Source: an uncultured Actinomycetota bacterium (GTDB taxonomy: Bacteria > Actinomycetota > Actinomycetes > Actinomycetales > Microbacteriaceae). From it: a stretch of 64,000 nucleotides of DNA. Under the pieces are notes generated by a model. That model worked only from the letters and a program-made list of their open reading frames with translations. It did not search any database and was not told the origin of the DNA. Shown one piece after another: positions 1 to 16,021 of this stretch. Each line of letters begins with the position of its first letter. Position 1 is the first letter of the stretch. The DNA is taken from NCBI GenBank assembly GCA_963703545.1, contig CAVPES010000052.1:13995-77994 (forward strand), read 5' to 3'. The position numbers and the translations under genes were made by a program.

Positions 1-2
1 GT

Positions 3-1142
3 GCGCCGACGGCCGACGGCTCTGCAACCTCACTGCTCTCGTACGGCGGCCGACTGAATCCGCTGAGCTACCTGGAACTCGAAGCGGTGTTCGCGGCGAA
101 TGGCGTGAGCGGCTTCGTCTTCGACTACTACGCGCACAACGACTACAAGTTCGTGGCGATCGACGTGCCGGGCCAGAGGGTCATCATCGGTCACGTCTCA
201 CCGCGCAGCGGCTGGGTCATCGACCGGGCCATCGCCAGGACGCTTGTCGCGGGTGGCGAACAGGCCCTCAACGTCGTTCTCAAGGCGACAGTGATCACCG
301 TCACACTGAACGGACAGGTGCTGACGTCGCTTTCCTACAACTCCGCGCTCGCCGACGGCCAGACGGGCGTGTTCGGGCGTGGAGACCGCCAGTCGCTCGA
401 TTCGGTCCGGTACCGGACCGATGATGCCCAGTTCCTCGGCGCGGCACCGCCTCCGCCCACGGTCACCGTGGATGACGTGACCGTCACGGAGGGCGGGGCC
501 GGCAGCGTCACCACGGTGACGCTGACCCTGACACTCTCCGCGGCGCTGAGCACGGCGCTGACGCTGGCCTGGCAGCTCGACGCGGTCACATCGGGAACAG
601 CGGCCACCTACGGCGTTGACTTCACTGGCCCGACCACCGGCATGGTTTCCTTCGCGGCGGGCGCCACAACGGCGACCGTGAGTTTCTCAGTGCTTGGAGA
701 GACGATCTTCGAGGCGGACGAGAACTTCGTCATCCGGATCCTGCCCAACGCCTCCGTGAACCTCCGTGACGCGTACGGAGTGGTCACAGTGAAGAACGAC
801 GATCCTGCGCCCAAGGGCGCGAGCGCGAGCGCTCAGTCCGCCGTTGCGTCGACGAGCTCGTCGACGGCGCCTCCAGCGCTGACTGCCGCACCGACTGCCG
901 GCGGTTGGACGTTCACGACGACCGGGCTCACCGCCACGAAGTCCTATGTCGTTCAGGTCGTCTGCACTGTGAGCGGGGCGCTCTTCTACTCGGCGACGCT
1001 CACCATGCTGGTGGCCGCCGACGGCACGGGAACCACCTTGGCGATCAACTCGGTCCGCGGGGACTGCGTGGCGACGCTGAAGATCGTGGACCAGGTGAAC
1101 CCAGCCAAGACCCTCTCATCGACCAGCTTCATCGCCGTCTGA
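3..1142 (+). CDS. C-terminal part of a large secreted/surface protein (LamG-like lectin-fold region followed by a Calx-beta domain). The 5' end lies outside the window.
   Basis: The frame is open from base 3, with no stop before the first listed Met at 87. VTVDDVTVTEGGAGSVTTVTLTLTLS...VDFTGPTTGMVSFAAGATTATVSFSVLGETIFEADENFVIRI...VTVKNDD fits the Calx-beta pattern. The upstream GFVFDYYAHNDYKFVAID...VTLNGQV resembles LamG-type jelly-roll domains. Stop codon at 1140-1142. Confidence 0.6.
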   Translation, partial: APTADGSATSLLSYGGRLNPLSYLELEAVFAANGVSGFVFDYYAHNDYKFVAIDVPGQRVIIGHVSPRSGWVIDRAIARTLVAGGEQALNVVLKATVITVTLNGQVLTSLSYNSALADGQTGVFGRGDRQSLDSVRYRTDDAQFLGAAPPPPTVTVDDVTVTEGGAGSVTTVTLTLTLSAALSTALTLAWQLDAVTSGTAATYGVDFTGPTTGMVSFAAGATTATVSFSVLGETIFEADENFVIRILPNASVNLRDAYGVVTVKNDDPAPKGASASAQSAVASTSSSTAPPALTAAPTAGGWTFTTTGLTATKSYVVQVVCTVSGALFYSATLTMLVAADGTGTTLAINSVRGDCVATLKIVDQVNPAKTLSSTSFIAV

Positions 1143-1257
1143 TCGACGCAATTCAGCACGATCATGCCGATTCGTCGGCAAGACCAGGTCAAACGCGCGC
1201 TGCACGGTCTGTTCCGGCCAGGTTTTCCTGAATTGCGATCGCTCAGCCGGAGGGGAG

Positions 1258-2813
1258 TCAGCCCTGGGCGCGCCGGGGGCCGCGTCCGCCGGACTGCGAT
1301 GGCCGGATAACGCTGCCTGTGGGCTGCGGCTGACGTGCCGTGCTCTGGCTGCCGGCGCCGTTCTGGCTTCGGGAACCAGACTGGCTGCCGGCACCGCTCT
1401 GACCTCGCGAAGCTCCCTGGCCACCAGTGCCGCCGGGCCGCCGCGACGTTGTCGGGCCGGCGGTGCCTGGCTGGTCGGCGGTGCCGCGAGTTCGGCCGGA
1501 TTCGCTGCGCGAAGCGGTCTGCGACTGGCCGCGATGGTCGCGGTTCTCGCGCTTGCGCTGGGCATTGGCGCCCTGTGACCGTCCGCTCTGCGACTGGCCG
1601 CGCTGCGGTTGTGCCTGCCTGGGTGCGGACTTCACGTAGGGGGCGACCTCGCCGATCAGCGCGACGACCTCGGGTGATTGGGCCGTGACTGAGATCGGCG
1701 TGACGTCGATGCCGGCCTTGCGCATCAGGTCCTTGACGTCCTGGCGCTGTGCCGACGTCATGATCGTGACGACGTCGCCCTCGGCGCCCGCCCGCGCGGT
1801 GCGCCCGGAGCGATGCAGGTACGCCTTGTGTTCGGTCGGCGGATCCACGTGGATGACAAGTTCAATACTGTCTACGTGCACTCCGCGTGCGGCGACGTCG
1901 GTGGCAACCAGCACCTTGACCTCGCCGGCGCTGAAAGCGGCGAGGTTGCGGTCTCGGGCTGGTTGGGACAGGTTCCCGTGCAGGTCGACGGCGGGGATGC
2001 CCGCCTCGGTGAGCTGCTGGGCGAGCTTCTTGGCGTGGTGCTTGGTGCGCATGAACAGCAGGCGGCGACCGCTGCCGGAGGCGAGTGCGTGAACCAGCGC
2101 GGTCTTGCCGGCCTGCGACTCGACCTGGAACACGTGGTGGGTCATCGCGGCGACCGGGGAGTTGGCCTCGTCGACCGAGTGCAGCACTTCATTCTGCAGG
2201 TACTTGGCGACGAGCTTGTCGACCCCGTTGTCCAGGGTCGCACTGAAGAGCATGCGCTGTCCGCCCTTGGGCGTCTTGTCCATGATGCGGGTGACCACCG
2301 GCAGGAAGCCGAGGTCAGCCATGTGGTCGGCCTCGTCGAGCACGGTGATCTCGACGGCATCGAGGGTCACGAAGCCCTGCTTCATCAGGTCCTCAAGTCG
2401 GCCGGGGCAGGCCACGACGATGTCGACGCCCTGCTTGAGTGCAGCAACCTGTGGGTTCTGCGAGACGCCGCCGAAGATGGTGGTGCTCTTCAATCCGTAG
2501 GCATCGGCGAGCGGCTTGAGCGCCGCGGCGATCTGAGTGGCCAGTTCGCGGGTCGGTGCGAGGATCAGCGCGAGTGGGCGTCCGGACCGGCGCTTTCCCC
2601 CGAGAGGGCGCCGCCGAGGCGGGCCACCATTGGGATGGCAAAGGCGAGCGTCTTGCCGCTGCCCGTCTTGCCGCGACCCAATACGTCGCGACCGGCCAGA
2701 GTGTCGGGCAGGGTGTCGACCTGGATCGGGAAGGGACTGTCGATGCCGGTCGCCGTCAGGACGTTGACGAGAGGCTGGGGCACGCCGAGCGTGCTGAATG
2801 TTGGTGTGGTCAT
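1258..2813 (-). pseudogene. DEAD-box ATP-dependent RNA helicase with an R/G/S/Q-rich C-terminal tail, interrupted by a one-base frameshift (or an assembly error) near 2597-2601
   Basis: The N-terminal ORF 2565..2870 encodes [15 protein letters not shown]...SPFPIQ...[16 protein letters not shown] (Q motif and motif I). ORF 1258..3048, in another frame, encodes PTRELA, DEAD, SAT and HRSGRTARAG. The likely start is ATG at 2813-2811 (MTTPTF), preceded by GAAAGG. Confidence 0.8.
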
Positions 2814-3083
2814 CTGAGGGGTTGCCTTTCCGGGCATAACACTCCCGGTGATCGATGTGCCGCGAGGCACATCGAGACCCGCCGATACTCAGGCAGAGGC
2901 CTGAGCAATGCGGATCGGGAGTAACTGGCGAATCTGCCGATGGGCAAAATCGTTCGCCGTGATAAGTATCAAGAGAGGGAACGGGGCTGAGCCAGCCGGT
3001 CCATCGCGAGAAAGCGTTCAACGACGCAGGGCGAGCATTTCTGCGCACCTAGTGGGTTCAGCCTAGCGGATTAAGCTGGAGAA

Positions 3084-3554
3084 GTGACTGAACAAGGCAA
3101 ATACCAGGTTCGTTTCGACTGGGGGACGGCCGGCGCGAAGGCGCTTGGCGCCTCCGCGGACATTGTGGTCTGGGTTGATGAGCTTCCCGGCGATGCCCCC
3201 GCCCCGCCGAGTTCGGCGTTCGCGTCGGTACTGGCTGCCAGCGCAGCCACTGCGCAGCAGACCGCCGCGGCGATTCTGCAGGCGCAGGTCGAGCGGGGCG
3301 GCCGGATCGGCGTCGCCGTCCTTGCCGCCGGCGGACTGCGTGCTGATGGCAGCGTGAGATTCGCGGTCGAGGACATGCTGGCGGCAGGAGCGGTAATCGA
3401 CGCGCTTGGCGACGTCGGCATAGACGACACCTCCCCGGAGGCGGCTGCAGCCGCGGCCAGCTACGCCGGACTCGCCCGAGCGTTCGATCACCTGCTCAGC
3501 GCCTCGGTAAGCGCGCAGCAGACTTCACGACAGGAATCATCTGGGTTGCGCTGA
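3084..3554 (+). CDS. Short ComB-like (2-phosphosulfolactate phosphatase family) protein, function uncertain
   Basis: The N-terminus KYQVRFDWGTAGAKAL and the motif DGSVRFAVEDMLAAGAVIDAL resemble actinobacterial ComB-family proteins. At 156 aa it is clearly shorter than the usual family members. GTG start at 3084. Confidence 0.4.
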   Translation: MTEQGKYQVRFDWGTAGAKALGASADIVVWVDELPGDAPAPPSSAFASVLAASAATAQQTAAAILQAQVERGGRIGVAVLAAGGLRADGSVRFAVEDMLAAGAVIDALGDVGIDDTSPEAAAAAASYAGLARAFDHLLSASVSAQQTSRQESSGLR

Positions 3555-3600
3555 CGTTGTGGTCTGGAACGAGTCGAGAATTTCGTCCGAGGAGAGAGCA

Positions 3601-3903
3601 ATGAAAGCTGTACTGGGTGGGATCGTTCTGGCCGAGGCCCCCGAAGAGGATCTGATCAAGATCGAGGGAAACTGGTATTTCCCGCCGGCGAGTGTGAAGC
3701 AGGCCTACCTGTCGAAGTCGCCGACGCCGTACACCTGCGTGTGGAAGGGCGAGTGCCAGTACTTCACCGTCAGTGACGGCACGACCGAATACCCTGACCG
3801 CGCTTGGTCGTACCCGAATCCCTATCCCACCTCATTCGAGCGGGTGGGCAAGGATTTCAGCGACTACGTGGCGTTCTGGAAGGAAGTCAGCGTCGTCGAC
3901 TGA
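3601..3903 (+). CDS. DUF427 domain protein
   Basis: MKAVLGGIVLAEAPEEDLIKIEGNWYFPPASV...YTCVWKGECQYFTV...DRAWSYPNPYP matches the DUF427 pattern (IEGN.YFP ... C.WKG.A.Y ... AW.Y). ATG at 3601 is preceded by GGAGAG. It is in frame with ORF 3559..3903. Confidence 0.7.
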   Translation: MKAVLGGIVLAEAPEEDLIKIEGNWYFPPASVKQAYLSKSPTPYTCVWKGECQYFTVSDGTTEYPDRAWSYPNPYPTSFERVGKDFSDYVAFWKEVSVVD

Positions 3904-3948
3904 ACCGGGCTCGACGCCGATCGGCACTGCGGTGTCGGAGTGCGCGAG

Positions 3949-4440
3949 TCAGGCCCCGCTCGCGGCCTGGCGTCGGGCATGGGTTGATACTTCTCGCGGT
4001 GTCCAGTCGATGAGGTCGGCGGAGGAGAACCCGCGGCTGCAGAGCCCGCAGGACAGCGCCCTCGTGGGTTTGCGATAGCGATAGTGGGTGTGGCCGTTAC
4101 GGCAGGTGCCCACCCAGGTCGCGAGTTCGTCCGCGATCGGGCCATCGTGCAGGCGGTCCCCGTGATAACCGAGTTCCGCCGCGACTCTTCGCCACGCGGG
4201 TCCGTGGGCGGCTCTCGGTCCAGCGATCGCATGGGCGATTTCGTGCAGCAGAATCTGGTGGACTTCATCGTCTTCGTAGCGGAGAGCAAGATATCGGGAT
4301 ACCGAGATTCTCTTGTCCCGGTAATTGCACAGGCCGGCACGGCGCTTGGCATTGTCGAAGTCGAAGGACCACAGAGACGGGTCGAGGTGAAGCGCGATCA
4401 GCGCCTCAGCCCAGCGCCGCACGCGAACCGGATCTGCCAT
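3949..4440 (-). CDS. SprT-like zinc metalloprotease domain protein
   Basis: HExxH motif (LLHEIAHAIAG) followed by a Cys-rich C-terminal zinc-ribbon-like segment (CRNGH...CGLCSRGF). 163-aa ORF. Confidence 0.7.
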   Translation of the reverse strand: MADPVRVRRWAEALIALHLDPSLWSFDFDNAKRRAGLCNYRDKRISVSRYLALRYEDDEVHQILLHEIAHAIAGPRAAHGPAWRRVAAELGYHGDRLHDGPIADELATWVGTCRNGHTHYRYRKPTRALSCGLCSRGFSSADLIDWTPREVSTHARRQAASGA

Positions 4441-4591
4441 TCCTCGAGGCTACGGCACTGCTCCGCGCGCGGTCATCGACGGGGCCGAACTCGGCCAAGG
4501 AGCCAGTTTCGCGCACTGTTGTGGTGGAGAGGAAGCAGAGCTTCGCCATTGCGGCAGCCCGCGACGGTCCTGCCCGCCGCAGGACTCGGGC

Positions 4592-5455
4592 TCAGCTTCG
4601 GGGTCCGAAAATCCCGCGCGACGGTGCGGGCGATGGCAGTGCCGTGTCGTCCGTGACCACCCGAGCCCCGGCGATGAAGTCGATGAGTTCGCGCCCGGCG
4701 ATCGATCTGGCCGGGTGCGGTCCGCCGGCCAGCAGTCGCGGAAGCCAGTCGATCGGCAGCGACGACTGCGAGGCGACCATCACCAGGTTCCCGAAGCGGC
4801 GGCCCTTGAGCACCTGGGCCTCGGCCAGGATCGCGACATTCTGGAACACGGCGGACAGCGTTGCGGCCTGACCGCGAGCGAAGGCGAGGCCGGGGGCGTC
4901 GGCGACGTTGACGACCAGGATGCCGTCCGGCTTCAGGATCGCCGCCGCCATCCGGTAGAACTCAACGGTGGTGACGTGGGCGGGCGTCTGCGCGCCGCTG
5001 AAGATGTCGGCGACCAGCAGATCGGCGGTTCCGTTCAATCCGGCGGGCAGCCGCCCGAGCACCTCACGGGCATCGCCGTAGCGGATCCGGATCGACGCCC
5101 GGGGCGGCAGCGGCAGGTGCGCGCGGACCAACGCGATGAGATCCCGTTCCAGTTCGATGACCTGTTGGCGCGATCCCGGCCTGGTTGCCTCGATGTAGCG
5201 CGGGATGGTCATCGCACCGGCACCGAGGTGCACGGCCGTGAGCGGCTGACCCGGCATGCCGATCTGGTCGATCACGTGGCCGATCCGTTCCACGTACTCG
5301 AAGTAGAGCTGGGTCGGATCCTCCGGATTCACGTGCGACTGCGGTGTGCCGTCGACGACCAGTTGGAAGCTGCCGGGCCGCCAGCGATCCGGCTCGATCT
5401 CGGCGCGCTTCCCGCTGGCCGTCAGCACGATCGACGTCTCGCTACTCACCCTCAC
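4592..5455 (-). CDS. Spermidine synthase-like SAM-dependent transferase
   Basis: LVVDGTPQSHVNPEDPTQLYFEYVERIGHVID...VHLGAGAMTIPRYIEATRPGSRQQVIELE...LLVADIFSGAQTPAHVTTVEFY is typical of actinobacterial spermidine-synthase-like proteins. Confidence 0.7.
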   Translation of the reverse strand: MRVSSETSIVLTASGKRAEIEPDRWRPGSFQLVVDGTPQSHVNPEDPTQLYFEYVERIGHVIDQIGMPGQPLTAVHLGAGAMTIPRYIEATRPGSRQQVIELERDLIALVRAHLPLPPRASIRIRYGDAREVLGRLPAGLNGTADLLVADIFSGAQTPAHVTTVEFYRMAAAILKPDGILVVNVADAPGLAFARGQAATLSAVFQNVAILAEAQVLKGRRFGNLVMVASQSSLPIDWLPRLLAGGPHPARSIAGRELIDFIAGARVVTDDTALPSPAPSRGIFGPRS

Positions 5456-5538
5456 ACCCTACCGACCCCTGCTCCCGAGACGGAGGGCAGGATGGATGGC
5501 GACAGCCCGTGCCCCGAGTGCACCGGATGAACAAGAAG

Positions 5539-5568
5539 TGGACAAGCGGGCAGATCTCGTTCTATAGT
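5539..5568 (+). promoter_or_regulatory. Candidate sigma-70-type promoter for rpoBC (TGGACA-18-TATAGT)
   Basis: TGGACA at 5539-5544, an 18-nt spacer, then TATAGT at 5563-5568. This would give a leader of about 155 nt before rpoB. Confidence 0.4.
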
Positions 5569-5730
5569 TGATCTTTGCGCTCCCTGACAAACCTATGCCC
5601 TCATATTGCGGTCGGCACGCGTGTCACCATTCGCCAGATCTTGGGTATGTGACACCGAATTAGTCAGGTTCGGGGAGTTCGCCCTACTTCAACAGTAACG
5701 ACCCGACGGGGTCAACCGGAGGTTATTTCC

Positions 5731-9222
<3,492 letters not shown>

Positions 9223-9268
9223 GCCGGGCCGACCACTCACTGAATAGTTCGAGAGAGAGACAACGGAA

Positions 9269-13150
<3,882 letters not shown>

Positions 13151-13180
13151 CGGTTTTACGCGCGGCCCGCAGCGACGCCC

Positions 13181-13206
13181 GGGGCGGGAGTGAAAACTCC
13201 CGCCCC
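13181..13206 (+). terminator. Stem-loop terminator candidate after rpoC
   Basis: GGGGCGGGAGT-GAAA-ACTCCCGCCCC, an 11-bp perfect stem with a tetraloop, 31 nt after the rpoC stop. Confidence 0.55.
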
Positions 13207-13323
13207 GATGCGTGCAGGCGCTGCGGATTTTCGGAAAGCCGGAGAACGGGAACACGGTCTTCCGGGCCGCTTGGTACACTGTCAGCGTCGCGGAGGACTC
13301 TCCGCGACGAGAGGAGCGGCGCG

Positions 13324-14163
13324 ATGAGCAACACCAGCGGAGGTACCGGGCCGGTTGATCCGGTCGATGCATCCCCGGACTCGTCGGTCCCGCCGGGGGC
13401 TTCGACCCCGACCCCGCTCGACCCCGTCACCCCGCCGTTCGATGATCGCTCGGCCGCGTCCGAGTCGAAGGGATTCCTGGCGCCCGCGCAATCCGTTTCC
13501 CGCGAGCCGGAACTCCCCCCCATCGAGCCGATGCCCATGGGCAGTCGTGATGTGCCGCCCGCCGAAACTCTCACGCCGATGCCCCCCGCGCCCATGCCAC
13601 CGGCACCGATCTACATTCAGGCTCCGACGCCCCCCAAGGCCCAGAACAATCGCTGGTTCGGAGCTATGATCGGCCTGCTCGGGGCTCTGATCTTCGGCGT
13701 CGTCTATGCGGGCATCATCTTTCTCTGGCTGTTGCTGAGCGAGTCCTCCTCTGCGGTGGTGGCCGCCGCCGAGTACTTCTCGACCACGTGGTTCGTGCTG
13801 CCGATCATCGGCTTCTATCTCGGTTTCCTGCTGCTTGCCGCGGTCGTCAATCGCGGCGGTTGGCCGGGATATGTGATCGGCGGTTTCGGGGTGGGGCTGA
13901 TCGCGTGGTTGACGCTGCTGGGCGGGGCCCTGATCAACCAGGCGTGGTTGCTGCGGCCAGCCGAAGTCTCCGGCTTCCTCGCCGATACCGTGCTCTCACC
14001 GCAGGCGATCATCGTGTTCATCGTCGCTCGCGAGGTCACCATCTGGGTTGGCGCAATCGTGGCCAGGCGTGGCGCCAAGGTCACTATCCGAAATACGGAG
14101 GCGAAGGCAGATTATGAGCGCAGGCTCGCCGAATCCCCCCTCGGGTACGCCCCGACCCTCTGA
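13324..14163 (+). CDS. Uncharacterised integral membrane protein with a Pro-rich N-terminal region
   Basis: 279-aa ORF. ATG at 13324 is preceded by GAGGAG. The N-terminal ~110 aa are P/S/T/A-rich, followed by about four hydrophobic helices. Confidence 0.55.
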   Translation: MSNTSGGTGPVDPVDASPDSSVPPGASTPTPLDPVTPPFDDRSAASESKGFLAPAQSVSREPELPPIEPMPMGSRDVPPAETLTPMPPAPMPPAPIYIQAPTPPKAQNNRWFGAMIGLLGALIFGVVYAGIIFLWLLLSESSSAVVAAAEYFSTTWFVLPIIGFYLGFLLLAAVVNRGGWPGYVIGGFGVGLIAWLTLLGGALINQAWLLRPAEVSGFLADTVLSPQAIIVFIVAREVTIWVGAIVARRGAKVTIRNTEAKADYERRLAESPLGYAPTL

Positions 14164-14182
14164 GCCGTGGCCGGCCCGGGGT

Positions 14183-14623
14183 ATGGCGACACCGTTCACG
14201 GCTGTGCTCGGGATCGCCCTCTACCTAGCACTGCTGATCGCGGGATTGGGCGTGATCAGTCTTCTGACCGACGGCACCATCGTGGAGGAGGCGGCCGCTG
14301 GTCCGCTGGTCGGCCCGATCATGATCGCCGTCTCTGCGGCGGCTCTCCTCCCGGTTCTGCTGCGGCTCACTCGCGGTGATCGCCGTCGGCGGCCGTTTCC
14401 GATCGGCCTGTGCACTCTCGGCCCGGTCGTGGCCGGCGTCGCTTATCTGGCCGGCGGTGCCCTGGCCTGGCTGGTGATCGGCGGGGGAGCCGCCGCCGGG
14501 ACTGCAGCGTTCCTTGCCCATCAGATGGTGCAGGGCTACATTGTCGCAGTCCTGATTGCGGCAGCCGGCGCGGCGCTCACCGTGGCGGCTCTGGTTCGGA
14601 CCGATCGCCCGCTCTCCGGCTGA
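14183..14623 (+). CDS. Uncharacterised integral membrane protein (about 4 TM)
   Basis: MATPFTAVLGIALYLALLIAGLGVISLL... is strongly hydrophobic throughout. In-frame alternative starts lie at 14114 and 14048. Confidence 0.45.
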   Translation: MATPFTAVLGIALYLALLIAGLGVISLLTDGTIVEEAAAGPLVGPIMIAVSAAALLPVLLRLTRGDRRRRPFPIGLCTLGPVVAGVAYLAGGALAWLVIGGGAAAGTAAFLAHQMVQGYIVAVLIAAAGAALTVAALVRTDRPLSG

Positions 14624-14822
14624 GTGACCATGGCGCCAGGCGCAGGTTTCGCTCCGCCGTGCGTCATCCGCGGTCCGGTCGAGCCATTGTCTTCGGCACT
14701 GAGTGTCATTAGTGTGGTGGCATTCCAGGTTGTCGCCACCGCAGTCGATACCTCGGTCCGCGACCGCCTTCATGCCTCGGATCGCACTCGGCGATCCGAA
14801 TTTCAGAAGAGAAGGTAGAAAA

Positions 14823-15656
14823 ATGGGACGTGTAGAAGGCAAAGTCGCTTTCGTCACCGGTGCCGCGCGGGGCCAGGGGCGCAGCCACGCGATCCGGCTC
14901 GCTCAGGAGGGTGCCGACATCATCGCGATCGATCTGACCGGTCAGATCGGCACGGTGCCGTATGAGATGTCGACGCCGGATGATCTGGCCGAGACGGTCC
15001 GTCTGATCGAGGCTCTGGATCGACGGATCGTGGCGACCCAGGCGGATGTGCGCGATTTCGGCGCGGTCAAGGCCGCTCTTGACGATGGGGTCGCACAGCT
15101 CGGCAGGCTCGACATCGTATCGGCGAACGCCGGAATCGCCAGTTTCGCGCCGGCTGACGAGCTCACCGAGGAACAGTGGCAGGACATGATCGGTGTCAAT
15201 CTGACCGGCGTCTGGCACGCAACGAAGGCTGCGACCCCGCACCTGCGGGCCGCGGGCGGCGGCTCGATGATCCTGACCAGTTCGGCTCTGGGACTGAAGG
15301 GAATCGCGAACAGCGCCCACTACGTCGCTGCCAAGCACGGCATCGTCGGCCTGATGCGGACCCTGGCTCTCGAGCTCGCCCCCGACTGGATCAGGGTCAA
15401 CAGCGTGCACCCGACAATGGTGAACACTGACATGATCCAGAACGAGTCGACCTACGCATTGTTCGCCCCGGATCTGGCCCCGAAGGAGCGCACCAGAGAG
15501 GCGCTCGCACCGCGATTCCAAACGCTCAACGCGCTGGCGATCCCGTGGGTTGAGCCGGTCGATATCAGCAACGCCGTGCTGTTCCTGGCCTCCGATGAGG
15601 CACGCTACATCACGGGCGTGACACTGCCCGTCGACGCCGGGTGGCTGGTCAAGTAA
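14823..15656 (+). CDS. SDR family oxidoreductase of the mycofactocin-coupled / carveol-dehydrogenase-like subfamily
   Basis: GKVAFVTGAARGQGRSHAIRLAQEGADIIAIDL, YVAAKHGIVGLMRTLALELAPDWIRVNSVHPT and PWVEPVDISNAVLFLASDEARYITG match that subfamily. ATG at 14823. Confidence 0.8.
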   Translation: MGRVEGKVAFVTGAARGQGRSHAIRLAQEGADIIAIDLTGQIGTVPYEMSTPDDLAETVRLIEALDRRIVATQADVRDFGAVKAALDDGVAQLGRLDIVSANAGIASFAPADELTEEQWQDMIGVNLTGVWHATKAATPHLRAAGGGSMILTSSALGLKGIANSAHYVAAKHGIVGLMRTLALELAPDWIRVNSVHPTMVNTDMIQNESTYALFAPDLAPKERTREALAPRFQTLNALAIPWVEPVDISNAVLFLASDEARYITGVTLPVDAGWLVK

Positions 15657-15680
15657 CGGCAGAATCGAGTTGTGATCGAG

Positions 15681-15714
15681 GGCGGCCCGCCGCTCCCGTC
15701 AGGGGCGGGCCGCC
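15681..15714 (+). terminator. Stem-loop terminator candidate after the SDR gene
   Basis: GGCGGCCCGCC-12 nt-GGCGGGCCGCC, an 11-bp perfect stem. Confidence 0.5.
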
Positions 15715-15744
15715 ATCCTGCACAGTCGCAGACAGGTCGATGGT

Positions 15745-15773
15745 TTGACCTGCGTCGAAGCACGGCGTAACAT
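15745..15773 (+). promoter_or_regulatory. Candidate str-operon promoter (TTGACC-17-TAACAT)
   Basis: TTGACC at 15745-15750, a 17-nt spacer, then TAACAT at 15768-15773. This implies a leader of about 245 nt before rpsL. Confidence 0.5.
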
Positions 15774-16021
15774 CGGTCGGGTGTGCGCCTTGTCGTGCAC
15801 TCGTGCCGTGCCCGCGAGGGGATGCATGGGTCACGGCTGGATCACACGTCGGGAACTCTTGATGAGCCTCCCCCACGGCATACCCACCACCTCAAAAGGC
15901 AAAGCTACTCTGCGATGCCCGGTGGGTCCAGATGAACTCGCAGCACCCCGTCGAACGGGTGTCACGAATGCTAACCATCACCAGGCTGTCACCGTGCAGC
16001 ACATATCAAGGAGCAATTTCA

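Noticed and set aside
2814-2870. The upstream ATG at 2870 ([15 protein letters not shown]...) as the helicase start
   Set aside because: It has no RBS and its codons overlap the 10-bp hairpin at 2852-2875. [10 protein letters not shown] at 2813 matches typical DEAD-box N-termini and has GAAAGG upstream.
14048-14182. Longer versions of the second membrane-protein ORF, starting at 14048 or 14114
   Set aside because: These would overlap the preceding gene by 50-116 nt, and the added residues are hydrophilic and Arg/Pro-rich. They cannot be excluded, so the start is flagged as uncertain.
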